Counted from the first letter of the stretch, positions 47,189-57,051 are shown. The stretch: DNA of 64,000 nucleotides from Clostridiales bacterium (GCA_029907205.1 JARYMI010000002.1:59060-123059), one strand, 5' to 3'. Notes: generated from the letters alone by a model not told the origin. Numbers and translations: made by a program.

Positions 47189-48514
47189 TTATTCATCAAG
47201 AGGGCAGAGGACAAGCCCCGACTTCAGCTTGGGAAAGAAATCCGTAGACTTGTGAGGCATCAGCTCTCCCTTCTCAACCACCTGCCGGACTTGCTGCAGA
47301 GAACAAGGCTTGAGCAAGAAAATCATCTGCCATTCGCCCGCCTCAACCTTCTCCAGCCCTTCCTCCAGGCGCCGGATATAAGAAACGGACTCTTCCTGAA
47401 CAAAAGGCTTTGCCGTGAAGCGGCCGAGCCGGTCGATGATCAGGAAATGGAGGATGGCCACATCGAGCCTCTTCCACTCAGCCGATTTAGACCGGTCGCC
47501 CTCCTCGTCGAGGATCTCCTCATTCTTCAGGCGAAGGACAAGGAATTTCTTCAGCCCGGAGAGGAAGAGGGCGAACGTGTGTTCGTTCGTCGAAACGATC
47601 TCGCGAACTTTGGCCAGACCAGCCCGGTCGTCCAGCCCAGACCAGTCGACGCCAGAGATTTCAAACCAATCTGAAAAAGCACTCCTCAACCCTTCTTCAT
47701 CTAGTTTTTCCAGATTCTTGACCAGCCGGTAGGTTGGGAGGATGACCAGGCCAGGGTCGTTGAGGTCGAAGAGAGTCATCATGACGTAATTCCATGGCTC
47801 TATTCCCGAGCTGTAGCCGAGCTTGGTGGCCATCTCCGCCCTGTAATTGAGCGACGTCTCGTAGCGGTGGTGGCCGTCAGCTATGATCAAGATTTTATCA
47901 GCCATGGCTTGCTGAATGCGGCTGATGTCCTTTTCATCCTGGACAATCCAGAGGCAATGTCGGAATCCATCTTCGTCCCGAATGTCGGCTGCAGCTTCAA
48001 TCCTTTCTAGCGCCCGACTAATGGCCTGGTGGGCTTCCTTATCGCCGTCCGAATAAAGCAGGAAAATCTGTTCGGTGTTCGTCTGAGTCGCTCTGAGCAA
48101 ACGCAGCCGGTCTTCCTTGTGCTTGGGAAATGTCTTTTCATGAGGCAGAACTTTTTTTGAGGCGAAGTCCTCAAGTTTGACCCTGGCGATGAGCCCGAGC
48201 CGCTTTCTTTGTTCGCCGTCTGACTGAAATTCTTGTTCGTAGAGGTAGAGCGCCCTTCTCTTCTCTCTGACAAAGACACCGTCTTCCTGCCACTTTTTCA
48301 GAAGAACGTCAGCCCGCCTGTATTTGTCTTTTTCTGGATGCTCGGGATCCTCGTCCTTTCCCAGGATGACACGGACGATGTTATAAGGATTTTTCCGGTA
48401 ATATTCATCCTGCATTGCTGGCGTAATCCGGTCGTATGGCTCGGTGATCACGTCTTGGAGCCGGATTCTATCAGGGTTGTACCTCAAGCCTCTGAAGGGC
48501 TGTATCTCTGCCAT
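47189..48514 (-). CDS. DUF1015 family protein
   Basis: MAEIQPFRGLRYNPDRI… The N-terminal pattern and ~440 aa length match my recollection of DUF1015. It lies immediately upstream of serA-serC. Confidence 0.55.
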   Translation of the reverse strand: MAEIQPFRGLRYNPDRIRLQDVITEPYDRITPAMQDEYYRKNPYNIVRVILGKDEDPEHPEKDKYRRADVLLKKWQEDGVFVREKRRALYLYEQEFQSDGEQRKRLGLIARVKLEDFASKKVLPHEKTFPKHKEDRLRLLRATQTNTEQIFLLYSDGDKEAHQAISRALERIEAAADIRDEDGFRHCLWIVQDEKDISRIQQAMADKILIIADGHHRYETSLNYRAEMATKLGYSSGIEPWNYVMMTLFDLNDPGLVILPTYRLVKNLEKLDEEGLRSAFSDWFEISGVDWSGLDDRAGLAKVREIVSTNEHTFALFLSGLKKFLVLRLKNEEILDEEGDRSKSAEWKRLDVAILHFLIIDRLGRFTAKPFVQEESVSYIRRLEEGLEKVEAGEWQMIFLLKPCSLQQVRQVVEKGELMPHKSTDFFPKLKSGLVLCPLDE

Positions 48515-48554
48515 GATTTTTTTCCTTTCCGTTCAACCCTCTTTTTGTCGCGTT

Positions 48555-49466
48555 TTATTTCAGTCTTTCTTGGAGAATCTTGACCACCTCTAAGCCGGCG
48601 CGTTTCTGGCCTTCTTCAGCTGCGGCCCCGATATGAGGCGTGGCAATGACGTTGGGATGATCGATGAGGCTGTAATCGACCGGCGGCTCCTTCTCGAACA
48701 CATCGATCGCCGCTGCCCTGACCTTACCGGAATTGAGAGCTTCGAGCAGGGCGGCCTCATCGACTATTCCGCCGCGGGCGGCGTTGACGAGAATGACTCC
48801 GTCTTTCATCTTCTCGAACTCAGGCTTTCCGATCATGTGCCTGCTCTCTTTGGTTAGCGGCAGGTGCAGAGAAATAATATCGGCTTGCTCCAGAAGTTCA
48901 GCGAGGGAGACCTGCTTGACATCAAGGTCAGTCTCGATCTTGACGACATCATAGGCAATCACGTTCATCCCGAAGGCCAGGGCACGCCTGGCCACTTCCT
49001 TTCCGATCCGGCCCAAGCCGATAAGCCCAAGCGTCTTGCCGTAAAGCTCGGTGCCGGAAAGCGCTTTTTTTTCCCATTTGCGTTCCTTCATCGACAGGTT
49101 GGCGCGACCATGCTGCCGCGCGGCGGCCAGCATCAGGCCGAAGGTGTGCTCGGCCACAGAGATTGAAGTCGCGGCCGGCGTGTTGGCCACTTGAATGCCC
49201 TTCTCTTTGGCTGCTTCGCAGTCGATGTTGTCCAGCCCGATGCCCGCCCTGACAATGAGCTCAAGGTCTCGAGCCGCCTCGATAACCTTCCTCGTAATTT
49301 TAGTTGCGCTGCGGACGACGACCGCCTGAAAACCAGGGACGGTCTTGACCAGCTCGGCCTCATCCTGTCCGGTTTTCAGAGTAACATCAAACTGAGGGAG
49401 GGCCTTGAGCTTGTCGAGCGCTTCTTTATCCAATGAATCTGCCAGCAAAACTTTTTTCATTGCCAA
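48555..49466 (-). CDS. serA: D-3-phosphoglycerate dehydrogenase (short form, D-isomer 2-hydroxyacid dehydrogenase)
   Basis: …GLIGLGRIGKEVARRA… NAD motif; catalytic R/E/H (…NAARGGIVDE…ATPHIGA…). Confidence 0.75.
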   Translation of the reverse strand: MAMKKVLLADSLDKEALDKLKALPQFDVTLKTGQDEAELVKTVPGFQAVVVRSATKITRKVIEAARDLELIVRAGIGLDNIDCEAAKEKGIQVANTPAATSISVAEHTFGLMLAAARQHGRANLSMKERKWEKKALSGTELYGKTLGLIGLGRIGKEVARRALAFGMNVIAYDVVKIETDLDVKQVSLAELLEQADIISLHLPLTKESRHMIGKPEFEKMKDGVILVNAARGGIVDEAALLEALNSGKVRAAAIDVFEKEPPVDYSLIDHPNVIATPHIGAAAEEGQKRAGLEVVKILQERLK

Positions 49467-50602
49467 TTCTCCTTTAGGATTTTCTCCGCCCCCCGGATGG
49501 AGCTGCCTTTCTCGAAAGCAAAATGGAGATCATCTAATGTCATCTCCAGGGCAGAGAGAGCGGTGATGATATCGAACGCGCCCATGTAACCGAGATGCGC
49601 GATGCGGAAGAATTTCCCCTTGTTTGGGTCCTGGGCACCGGCGATGTACGCCTGGTACTTGGCCTGCATTGTTTTGACGAGCTTGCTGCCGTCGATGCCG
49701 GCGGGCACCTTGACTGCTGTCAGGATGTTGCCCGGGTTCTTGGCCAAAAGCTCAAGCCCGAGCGCTTTTACACCGGCGCGTGTGGCCTCGCCGAGGACGC
49801 GGTGATGCTCGAGCAGTTTCTCCATTCCCAGGTTGCGGATGATATCCAGAGCTTTTTTCTGCTGGATGATGAGCGACACGGCCGGGGTCCAAGGAGTCGT
49901 CTGCTTCTCCAAGTTCTTCTTGGCTTTGCGGGCATCAAAATAGAACTTAGGAAGCTTGGCCGACTCGACAAGCTTCCAGGCCTTGGGGCTGAAAGCGATG
50001 TACGCGAGTCCAGGGGGAATCATGAACGACTTCTGCGAGCCAGCAACCAAAACGTCAACGCTCCACTCGTCCATCGGGCAAGGCGTGGCGCCGAGGCCTG
50101 AAATCCCGTCAACGACGAGGACGGCATCAGTCTTGGAAACGACCTCGCCGTAGCCTTTGATGTCGTAGACGGCGCCGCTCGATGTTTCAGAGAGCGTGGA
50201 GAAGACGGCCTTGACACCGGCGTTTGCTCTGAGCTCTGCGGCAAGCTGGTCTGGAGTAAAATCATCGCCCCATTCCAGGACAACCTCTTTGACTTCGACG
50301 CCGTACGCCTGGCAGATGTTGCCCCAGCGTTCGCCAAACTTGCCCCCGTTGATGGTGATGACTTTGTCGCCAGGACTCAACGTATTGACGACGGCCGCCT
50401 CCATGGCGCCGGATCCAGAAGAGGTCAGGATAAAGACATCTTCCTTGGTGCCGAAAACGTACTTAAGCCCTTCGGAGACCTGCATGAAGATTTCCGAGAA
50501 TTCCGGTGTCCTGTGATGAATGATAGGTTCAGAAGCCACAGCCAACACGTCCGGGGGGATGGGTGTCGGGCCTGGTGAGAGAAGGTAGTATTTCTTTATC
50601 AT
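49457..50602 (-). CDS. Class V aminotransferase, phosphoserine/serine-pyruvate aminotransferase type
   Basis: AGT_1 fold (…GSGSGAMEAAVVN…SQKSFMIPPGLAY…). Co-operonic with serA. Confidence 0.7.
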   Translation of the reverse strand: MIKKYYLLSPGPTPIPPDVLAVASEPIIHHRTPEFSEIFMQVSEGLKYVFGTKEDVFILTSSGSGAMEAAVVNTLSPGDKVITINGGKFGERWGNICQAYGVEVKEVVLEWGDDFTPDQLAAELRANAGVKAVFSTLSETSSGAVYDIKGYGEVVSKTDAVLVVDGISGLGATPCPMDEWSVDVLVAGSQKSFMIPPGLAYIAFSPKAWKLVESAKLPKFYFDARKAKKNLEKQTTPWTPAVSLIIQQKKALDIIRNLGMEKLLEHHRVLGEATRAGVKALGLELLAKNPGNILTAVKVPAGIDGSKLVKTMQAKYQAYIAGAQDPNKGKFFRIAHLGYMGAFDIITALSALEMTLDDLHFAFEKGSSIRGAEKILKENWQ

Positions 50603-50699
50603 ATAAGTCCTCCTTTGTTGATTGAAATATTACTGAGGTTTAAAATGCATCGCCCTTTAAATTAACAAAATTGTCCTGCCTAGTCAATTAAGACAGAGG

Positions 50700-50729
50700 G
50701 GACGGTCCTCGACGAAGACCGTCTCCATT
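50700..50729 (-). terminator. Stem-loop (GGAGACGGTC / GACCGTCCCC) downstream of the M20 peptidase gene
   Basis: 10-bp stem with a 9-nt loop, immediately 3' of the minus-strand CDS ending at 50734. The U-tract is modest. Confidence 0.35.
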
Positions 50730-50733
50730 AAGG

Positions 50734-51864
50734 TCAAACCTGGCGGAAGATTTCGGTGAGAAGCGCCGTCCGCTGGATGAGAGAGGGGAGGAGCATATAT
50801 TCAGTTTCAGAATGGATGCCGTCGCCATCTGGTCCAAGACCGTCGAGAGTGGCTATGCCCAGGTTTGCGGCTATCGATGCGTCAGACCCACCGCCTGTTT
50901 TTCCTTCTTCCAGCGTCATTTCAAGTGAAGCAGCAATTTTCCTGACTTGATGGAGGAGTGTGGCCGAAGGTTTGCTCTTTTCGAGCGGTGGCGTCAAGCT
51001 CTCAATAGAAGATTTCAGCTTGGCTCCCTGGGTTGAGGCCTTCAGCTGCCTCAAAGCATTCGTGATCCTGTTTTTTTGGCCGCTGTCCCAGAACCTGATA
51101 TCCAGGACAGCCCAGGCTGCTTCGGCCACGACGTTGGCTTTCTCTCCGCCGCCTACCTGATTGACGCTCATCGTCACGCCACCCTTGGCCAGCCTTTTCA
51201 AACGCTGGATCTGAACAATAAGCTCCTCAATGGCGTTAACGCCTTTCTCTGGTGAACCGGCATGGGCTGCCTTTCCCTTTGCTTCTAACCTGACAACAAG
51301 GCGGCCTTTGCGCTGGGTCTTAAGAGCTCCTCCAGGGAGGGCAGGCTCGAGACAGAGCACATGAGATGATTTCCTTGCGAGCGGGGCGATTATTTCGTAG
51401 GCAGCCTCACTGCCGATCTCTTCGGCAGAATTGATGAAGACCAAGACTCTTCGCCGAGGACGCAGACCAAGCTGGTGAAGCGCTTTCAAAGCAGAAATGA
51501 CCATGACCAGCCCTGCCTTCATATCCAACACCCCAGGACCATAGACTTTGCTCCCGGAGATGTAGAAGGGCATTTGGACGATCTTGCCAACCGGCCAGAC
51601 AGTGTCGATATGAGTGAGGACAAGAACCGGCCGTTCAACGTCTCCTCTTATTGCTCCTGGATACTCAACGACATAAAAATCACCGATTCCTTTCTGTGGA
51701 AAACGGCTAACGCGCGCGCCGATTTTCCGGAACTCGCTGATGACAAAGGACGCACAGGAATCCACGGCTTTCTTATCCTGTGAAGGAGATTCTCGGCTGA
51801 CTATCTGTTTCAGGAGGTTAGCCATCTCCCCTTGTCGAGATTTAAAATAAAGGTTGAAATCCAT
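50734..51864 (-). CDS. M20-family metallopeptidase (ArgE/DapE/ACY1-like)
   Basis: …LVLTHIDTVWPVG… plus metal-binding Asp/Glu/His pattern and a dimerisation domain. Confidence 0.7.
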   Translation of the reverse strand: MDFNLYFKSRQGEMANLLKQIVSRESPSQDKKAVDSCASFVISEFRKIGARVSRFPQKGIGDFYVVEYPGAIRGDVERPVLVLTHIDTVWPVGKIVQMPFYISGSKVYGPGVLDMKAGLVMVISALKALHQLGLRPRRRVLVFINSAEEIGSEAAYEIIAPLARKSSHVLCLEPALPGGALKTQRKGRLVVRLEAKGKAAHAGSPEKGVNAIEELIVQIQRLKRLAKGGVTMSVNQVGGGEKANVVAEAAWAVLDIRFWDSGQKNRITNALRQLKASTQGAKLKSSIESLTPPLEKSKPSATLLHQVRKIAASLEMTLEEGKTGGGSDASIAANLGIATLDGLGPDGDGIHSETEYMLLPSLIQRTALLTEIFRQV

Positions 51865-51939
51865 GTCGCGCCTCCGGCAGCCCTTACTTTATCACAGCGC
51901 TCCTTTTCTTTCCAGAGCTGCGCCGAATTCAGCAAAATG

Positions 51940-53133
51940 TCAGGTTCGTTTATTTAAAATAGCGCTTGCTTTTTTAAAGACGGCGTCGCCCTTGCGCAGC
52001 AGCCGCCCCAGAGGGAGCTGTTTGAGCTTAATGGCTTGATACTGGCAGATCTCGTGGCAGCAGAGACAGTGGATACAGTTCGACTCGTCTATGCAGGCCG
52101 CATCATCGAGCAAGCTGATAGCCCGAGGCGGGCATATGCTGACGCACTCCAAGCAAGCTTCACAAGCCACCCTCCGGATTTCCGGAATAAGGGTGAGCTG
52201 GTTTTGGATATAAGCGTAGAGGACGGAGGGCAGCCACCTTTTGAAAAAACTGACCGCCACAGCCGAGTGCCGGAAATCCGAAACCACCACATCCTCAAGC
52301 CTCTCGCCCGCAACCTCGATCTTGCGGAAATCGGCGGTGCCAAGGCTTCTCTCGTCGGCAAATACCGTTGTGTAGATAGCGGAGGACCCATATCCGATGA
52401 CCCTGGCCGCGGCCGCATCCAACGCCACTGCGTCGCGACTGGCCAGGATGAGCCCGACCTTCTTGGGCTTACCGGCTGAAGGGCCCTCTCCTTCCATGCC
52501 GACGACGGCATCCATGATGTTGAGCTGCGGCGGAACGCATGAAAACAGATCGACCAGCATCTGAGAAAAGACATCATTCCGGACATAACGCCGGTGATAG
52601 GCCAGCCGGAGGCCGTGAGGGATGACGCCATACATGTTTTTTATGGCTCCGGTGAAGATGGCAAAAGAATGGGTCTTCAATTTGGGGAGGTTTATGATGA
52701 CATCAGCGTCGACGACCGGCCGCGCGATGTACGTCTTTTTCAAGACTTTTCCATGGACAGCGACCTCCACGAAACCTGTCTCTTTGAGATTGACAAGGCG
52801 GACGCCCAACTCATCGCACACGGCCCGGTAGCCGCTCAGGGAAAAACCGTCAGGATGCCGGCTGTAGATATCGTCTCCAACGGTCAGCTCAGCTCCCGAG
52901 TCACTGAGCAACTGCAGGACCTCGCGGGTGAAGGAAGGATGAGTGAGGATGGCCCGCTCAGGTGGAGAAGAAGGGGAGAGATGGTTGATCTTGACGAAGA
53001 CCCGGCTGCCCTGCTTAACGACAGAGCTCAGGCCGCCGAGGCTGTCGAAGATCCGGCGCAGAGCAAGGGAAAGGTCACGGCGGTCGTAAGAAGCGCAGCG
53101 CGAGATGACTACCCTGGATCTGGCCTGCGGCAT
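51940..53133 (-). CDS. DUF362-domain protein fused to a 2x[4Fe-4S] ferredoxin domain
   Basis: …RVVISRCASYD… DUF362 start. C-terminal CEACLECVSICPPRAI…CIHCLCCHEICQYQAI, two CxxCxxCxxxCP motifs. AAGGAGAA RBS before the ATG at 53133. The track ORF begins at an earlier ATG. Confidence 0.6.
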   Translation of the reverse strand: MPQARSRVVISRCASYDRRDLSLALRRIFDSLGGLSSVVKQGSRVFVKINHLSPSSPPERAILTHPSFTREVLQLLSDSGAELTVGDDIYSRHPDGFSLSGYRAVCDELGVRLVNLKETGFVEVAVHGKVLKKTYIARPVVDADVIINLPKLKTHSFAIFTGAIKNMYGVIPHGLRLAYHRRYVRNDVFSQMLVDLFSCVPPQLNIMDAVVGMEGEGPSAGKPKKVGLILASRDAVALDAAAARVIGYGSSAIYTTVFADERSLGTADFRKIEVAGERLEDVVVSDFRHSAVAVSFFKRWLPSVLYAYIQNQLTLIPEIRRVACEACLECVSICPPRAISLLDDAACIDESNCIHCLCCHEICQYQAIKLKQLPLGRLLRKGDAVFKKASAILNKRT

Positions 53134-53316
53134 TCTCCTTGCCAACGCATCCGGCTCTCCCCGAGCCTCTTTCTTGTTCTTTTCCTGAAACATTTTTTTA
53201 TTCTATCTAATTTTAGAGGCGCAAACAAATCACCTCATGCCGCGGCATTTATTAAAAATAGTCTGCCTTTATGTTATAATAATTTAGAAAATCTAGGGCG
53301 ATCGATAAAAGGAACA

Positions 53317-54354
53317 GTGGATCACCTTTCGCGAAGAGATTTCTTGGGCCGGGCTTGGATACTTGTCGGCTCGGGCCTATTCCTGCCCAGTTTCGCGGTT
53401 GGAGCTTGGCGCTCTTTCCCGGCTTTTTCATCCAACAAGGAAAAGCCCGGAGATTATCCCTCTTATCTTTCTTTAGAAAAGTCGGGCCGCCTCGCCGAAC
53501 GAGAGGAAAAGCTTGTCGCCTTTCTCGAAAACTGCCACCTTTGTCCGCGAGACTGCAGAGTCAACAGGCTTAAAGGCGAGATCGGTGTTTGTCAGGCGAC
53601 AGCCCGGGGCAAGATCTCGAGTGCTTTCCCTCATTTTGGTGAAGAGAAGCCGCTTGTCGGCCAGAAAGGTTCAGGGACAGTCTTTTTCTCCAACTGCGGG
53701 CTGAGGTGCGTTTTTTGCCAGAACTACACGATCAGCATCGAGGGCGAAGGGGTAGAAATCTCTGATGACCAACTGGCTGAAACGATGGTCAAGATTCAGG
53801 GCTTCGGCTGCCACAACATCAACCTTGTTACGCCTACCCATTATGTCCCGCATATAGTCCGGGCGCTCCGCCGCGCCATCCGGCTTGGGCTCAAGATACC
53901 GCTTGTCTATAACACGAGCGGTTACGAGAATCTCGAAGTCCTTGGGCTTCTCGATGGTATCATCGACATTTACCTGCCCGACATCAAGTACATGCAGCCT
54001 GCTTTCGCAGCAAAGTATTCTTCTGGCGCCTACAATTATCCGTATTATGCCAAAGCGGCTGTCAAGGAAATGCACCGTCAGGTCGGGGAGCTAAAGCTTG
54101 ACGAGCGCGGCATCGCCCGAAGAGGAGTCATCCTCAGGCATCTCATCTTGCCCAACAGGGTTTCGGGGACGGAGGAATTCATCAAGTTTGTGGCCGAGGA
54201 ACTTTCGACCGCAACATATGTCAACCTCATGAGTCAGTACCGCCCCGAGTACAAGGCCGGCGAATATCCAGATATCAACCGCAGGATCAAACGGAGCGAA
54301 TATCAGGAGGCCTTAGCCTGGGCCAAGAAATACGGCTTGTCTCGTCTTGACTGA
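53317..54354 (+). CDS. Radical SAM protein, PflX / pyruvate-formate-lyase-activase-like, with N-terminal twin-arginine-type signal
   Basis: The track ORF 52594..54354 is antisense to the DUF362 gene over its first ~720 nt. The real gene most likely starts at GTG 53317, AAGGA 5 nt upstream. It reads …DHLSRRDFLGRAWILVGSGLFLPSFAVGAWRS…, then the family N-terminal Cys motif CHLCPRDCRVNR…GVC, then radical SAM CGLRCVFCQN. Confidence 0.65.
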   Translation: MDHLSRRDFLGRAWILVGSGLFLPSFAVGAWRSFPAFSSNKEKPGDYPSYLSLEKSGRLAEREEKLVAFLENCHLCPRDCRVNRLKGEIGVCQATARGKISSAFPHFGEEKPLVGQKGSGTVFFSNCGLRCVFCQNYTISIEGEGVEISDDQLAETMVKIQGFGCHNINLVTPTHYVPHIVRALRRAIRLGLKIPLVYNTSGYENLEVLGLLDGIIDIYLPDIKYMQPAFAAKYSSGAYNYPYYAKAAVKEMHRQVGELKLDERGIARRGVILRHLILPNRVSGTEEFIKFVAEELSTATYVNLMSQYRPEYKAGEYPDINRRIKRSEYQEALAWAKKYGLSRLD

Positions 54355-54392
54355 TGATAGCGCCCTGGGGAGCATCTCCAAGTCCGTGACAG

Positions 54393-54546
54393 TCCTGTGC
54401 TGATAGCAGGGGGCGGGTGGCGCGGTTCGGGGGCCCCCCGCCGCCCCGAGCGTTTGATGCCACTCATCTGCCGATTTTCTAATAAACAAGATAGTCCGCG
54501 AGGGGGCGCCGGGGGTGAACCGCGACAGGACCCGCCCGTTTCACGG
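54393..54546 (+). repeat. ~155-nt GC-rich imperfect palindrome / nested stem-loop element in the intergenic region
   Basis: GTCCGTGACAGTCCTGT…ACAGGACCCGCCCGTTTCACGGA outer pairing; inner GGCGCGGTTC…GAACCGCG; GGGGGCCCCC hairpin. Direct repeat CCCTGGGGAGC (54367) / CCCTGGGAGCG (54569) flanks it. Confidence 0.4.
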
Positions 54547-54642
54547 AAATAGAGATGCAATCCAGAGCCCTGGGAGCGTTGATTTATCATCGCATTTGCC
54601 GTACATTAAGAAGGAAACCTTGATAAAGAATGCAGCGACGAC

Positions 54643-57051
54643 ATGCATGACTTCGCAAGAAACCACATAAGAAAAATCACTAAAGAGCGAGCGGGGCTAA
54701 CCCTTTTTCTCGCTGTTTTTTTATTTTTCGCCACGACAATCACGGTCCTCCCGATACGCGCAGAGGTTTTTTATCCATGGAGAGACGTTTATATCGGAGC
54801 TCTCGAGGGAAAAGAATGGTTTGGCCTCGTCTTGGCCGCTTCTCGGGATTCCGTCTTTGGCTTCCGAATCAGGGTTGTTAAAGAGGGCCGACAAGCAGAG
54901 GGCCATGACTTGTTCTATTTGGTCTCCGAAGTTGGGCCCCACTCTCCTGACGGGCAATACTCCCGTATCAAGGCTGACCTCAGCCTGCCTTTCCACCAGG
55001 CTCAGGAGACTCCTATTCTGATTAAGCACGCTCCAAAATCGGAAACGCTGACCCTGGAATGGTCCAGACAGAATGAAAAAGCGGTTATTGGCCGGATCAG
55101 AGCACCCAAGAACATCGAGCTTCAAATCGTTCACTACTTTCCATGGAATATCAGCGGCGAGTACCGCTTGCTTGGTGACGGGCAGGTTCAAGCTGAGAGC
55201 GGAATCGATAAAAAGCTTCACTACCTCTTTTGGTCGAATAGACAGCCAGATGCCCCCCCTGTGCAAACAGAAAAAGACATCTCGCTTCCTTTTTCAATGG
55301 AGAAGGAGAGGGAACTCTATTTTGTTGCCGGGGTCGGCGAAGACCCGAAAACCCTGAGCAACCAGATCTATCGCTACAAGAACAGCAAAACAATAAACTA
55401 CTTCCTTCTTGAGGAAGGGCGCCGTTACCAGAATAAAAGAGTCAGGGCCGATGGGCTTTTTAAGGGCGTCGCGGAAGCCATAACCAACAACGTCTTCTGG
55501 ATGACCCTTTACCAGCCAGGCCACCACCGGCTCTACACGCCTGCGGGAAGGAACTGGATTTTCCAGCCCGGGGGCCTTCAAGACCACTGGACTGTCTTCG
55601 AATGGGATTCTTTCTTTAGTGCCCTGGAAGCCTCTGTAGAAAGCCCGAAACATGTCCGGGACATTATAGCGTCTGTGCTGGAGACTCAGTATCCGAACGG
55701 GAACATCCCCAACTGGAGGGGTCGGTTCAGCGGAACAGCCGACCGCTCACAGCCTCCCGTGGGTGCTTTCTGTGTGCTCAAACTGTTCGGGAAGATAGGG
55801 GACTTTGACCTTCTCAAGCTCTCTTACCCAAGCTTGAAAAAATGGCACGACTTCTGGAAAGCTCCCAAATCCAACGGCCAAGCCCGTCGTGACGGAAACG
55901 GCGACGGCCTCCTCGAGTGGGGCTCTGACGCTGACCTTGTGTCCACAGCGGTTCCTTCTTGGGAAATCAACGCCGAAGGAAAACAGCGAGCCATATGGGA
56001 ATCGGGACAGGATGACTTGCCAAACTGGGAAGAGGCCTCATTCAACGAGGAGACGGGGACTCTGATGATGAACTGCCTGGATCTCAACTCCCTCTACGCG
56101 CTTGACGCTTATTGCCTCGCCCAGATCGCCAACATCCTGAACCTTCCTGATGACTATGCCCTCTATATTGATGAATACAACCAGATGAAAAGACTTATCA
56201 ACAGCGTCCTGTGGAACGAGCGGGAAAAGTTCTACTTTGACCGGCACTGGGACGGTCGGTTTTCCCAACGCAAGGCGGCTTCAAACTTCTATCCTCTGCT
56301 GGCCCGTATTCCCGACAAAGAGCAGGCCCTGGCGATGATCAAGCGACTCCTCAACCCCAAAGAATTCTGGGGGGACTATATCCTGCCCACCATCTCTCGT
56401 GATGACCCGCTTTTCAAGGAGCAGCAGTACTGGCGCGGCGCAGTCTGGCCGCCGACTAACTATCTCGTCTACCAGGGTCTGAAGGCTTTCGGTTTTGACG
56501 CTGTGGCGGCTGAGTTCGCCCAGAAAAGCGCGGCCCTGTTTTTGCGAAGCTGGGAGAACTTCCAGCTTTGCCCGGAAAATTTTGATTCCCGGACAGGAGA
56601 GGCGGGTGGCCAGCGCTTTCAAACCTGGGGTCCGCTTTTTGCCCTCATCGCCCTCGAGGAATATATCGATTTTACGCCCTGGGAAGGCTTTCGGTTCGGC
56701 ATGCTCAAACCAGAGAAGAAGGGAAAGCTCGTCCGTTTGGCTATCCAGGGCAGGCACTACCAGGTCGAGGTCTCAAACTCCAAGATCAAGCTCATCGAGG
56801 AGGAGCGCGAAATCCTAAAGGCCAATGGTGGCGCCGTTTTCAGGCATTTTCTTTACTCGGAGAACGAAGTCTCTTTCGAAATCAAAACCCTCAAAGCGAG
56901 GGAAGTGGAAATCCATTTCCTTAAAAAAGGAAAATACCAACTCCTTGTTGACAACGAACTCAAAAGAGTTTTTACGGGCCGCTCCGAGAAAATCATAATT
57001 CCCGAAGGCGATCACACTGTCCTCATTCAACTCCTCGAAGCCTTGGAGTAG
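54643..57051 (+). CDS. Large (alpha/alpha)6-barrel glycoside hydrolase-like protein (GH63/GH37-like C-terminal domain)
   Basis: N-terminal TM/signal. The C-terminal half reads …YWRGAVWPPTNYLVYQGL…, a GH63/trehalase-type barrel signature. Confidence 0.55.
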   Translation: MHDFARNHIRKITKERAGLTLFLAVFLFFATTITVLPIRAEVFYPWRDVYIGALEGKEWFGLVLAASRDSVFGFRIRVVKEGRQAEGHDLFYLVSEVGPHSPDGQYSRIKADLSLPFHQAQETPILIKHAPKSETLTLEWSRQNEKAVIGRIRAPKNIELQIVHYFPWNISGEYRLLGDGQVQAESGIDKKLHYLFWSNRQPDAPPVQTEKDISLPFSMEKERELYFVAGVGEDPKTLSNQIYRYKNSKTINYFLLEEGRRYQNKRVRADGLFKGVAEAITNNVFWMTLYQPGHHRLYTPAGRNWIFQPGGLQDHWTVFEWDSFFSALEASVESPKHVRDIIASVLETQYPNGNIPNWRGRFSGTADRSQPPVGAFCVLKLFGKIGDFDLLKLSYPSLKKWHDFWKAPKSNGQARRDGNGDGLLEWGSDADLVSTAVPSWEINAEGKQRAIWESGQDDLPNWEEASFNEETGTLMMNCLDLNSLYALDAYCLAQIANILNLPDDYALYIDEYNQMKRLINSVLWNEREKFYFDRHWDGRFSQRKAASNFYPLLARIPDKEQALAMIKRLLNPKEFWGDYILPTISRDDPLFKEQQYWRGAVWPPTNYLVYQGLKAFGFDAVAAEFAQKSAALFLRSWENFQLCPENFDSRTGEAGGQRFQTWGPLFALIALEEYIDFTPWEGFRFGMLKPEKKGKLVRLAIQGRHYQVEVSNSKIKLIEEEREILKANGGAVFRHFLYSENEVSFEIKTLKAREVEIHFLKKGKYQLLVDNELKRVFTGRSEKIIIPEGDHTVLIQLLEALE

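Noticed and set aside
52594-53316. N-terminal 240 aa of the 586-aa + strand track ORF
   Set aside because: Antisense to the DUF362-ferredoxin gene and not radical-SAM-like. The real gene starts near 53317.
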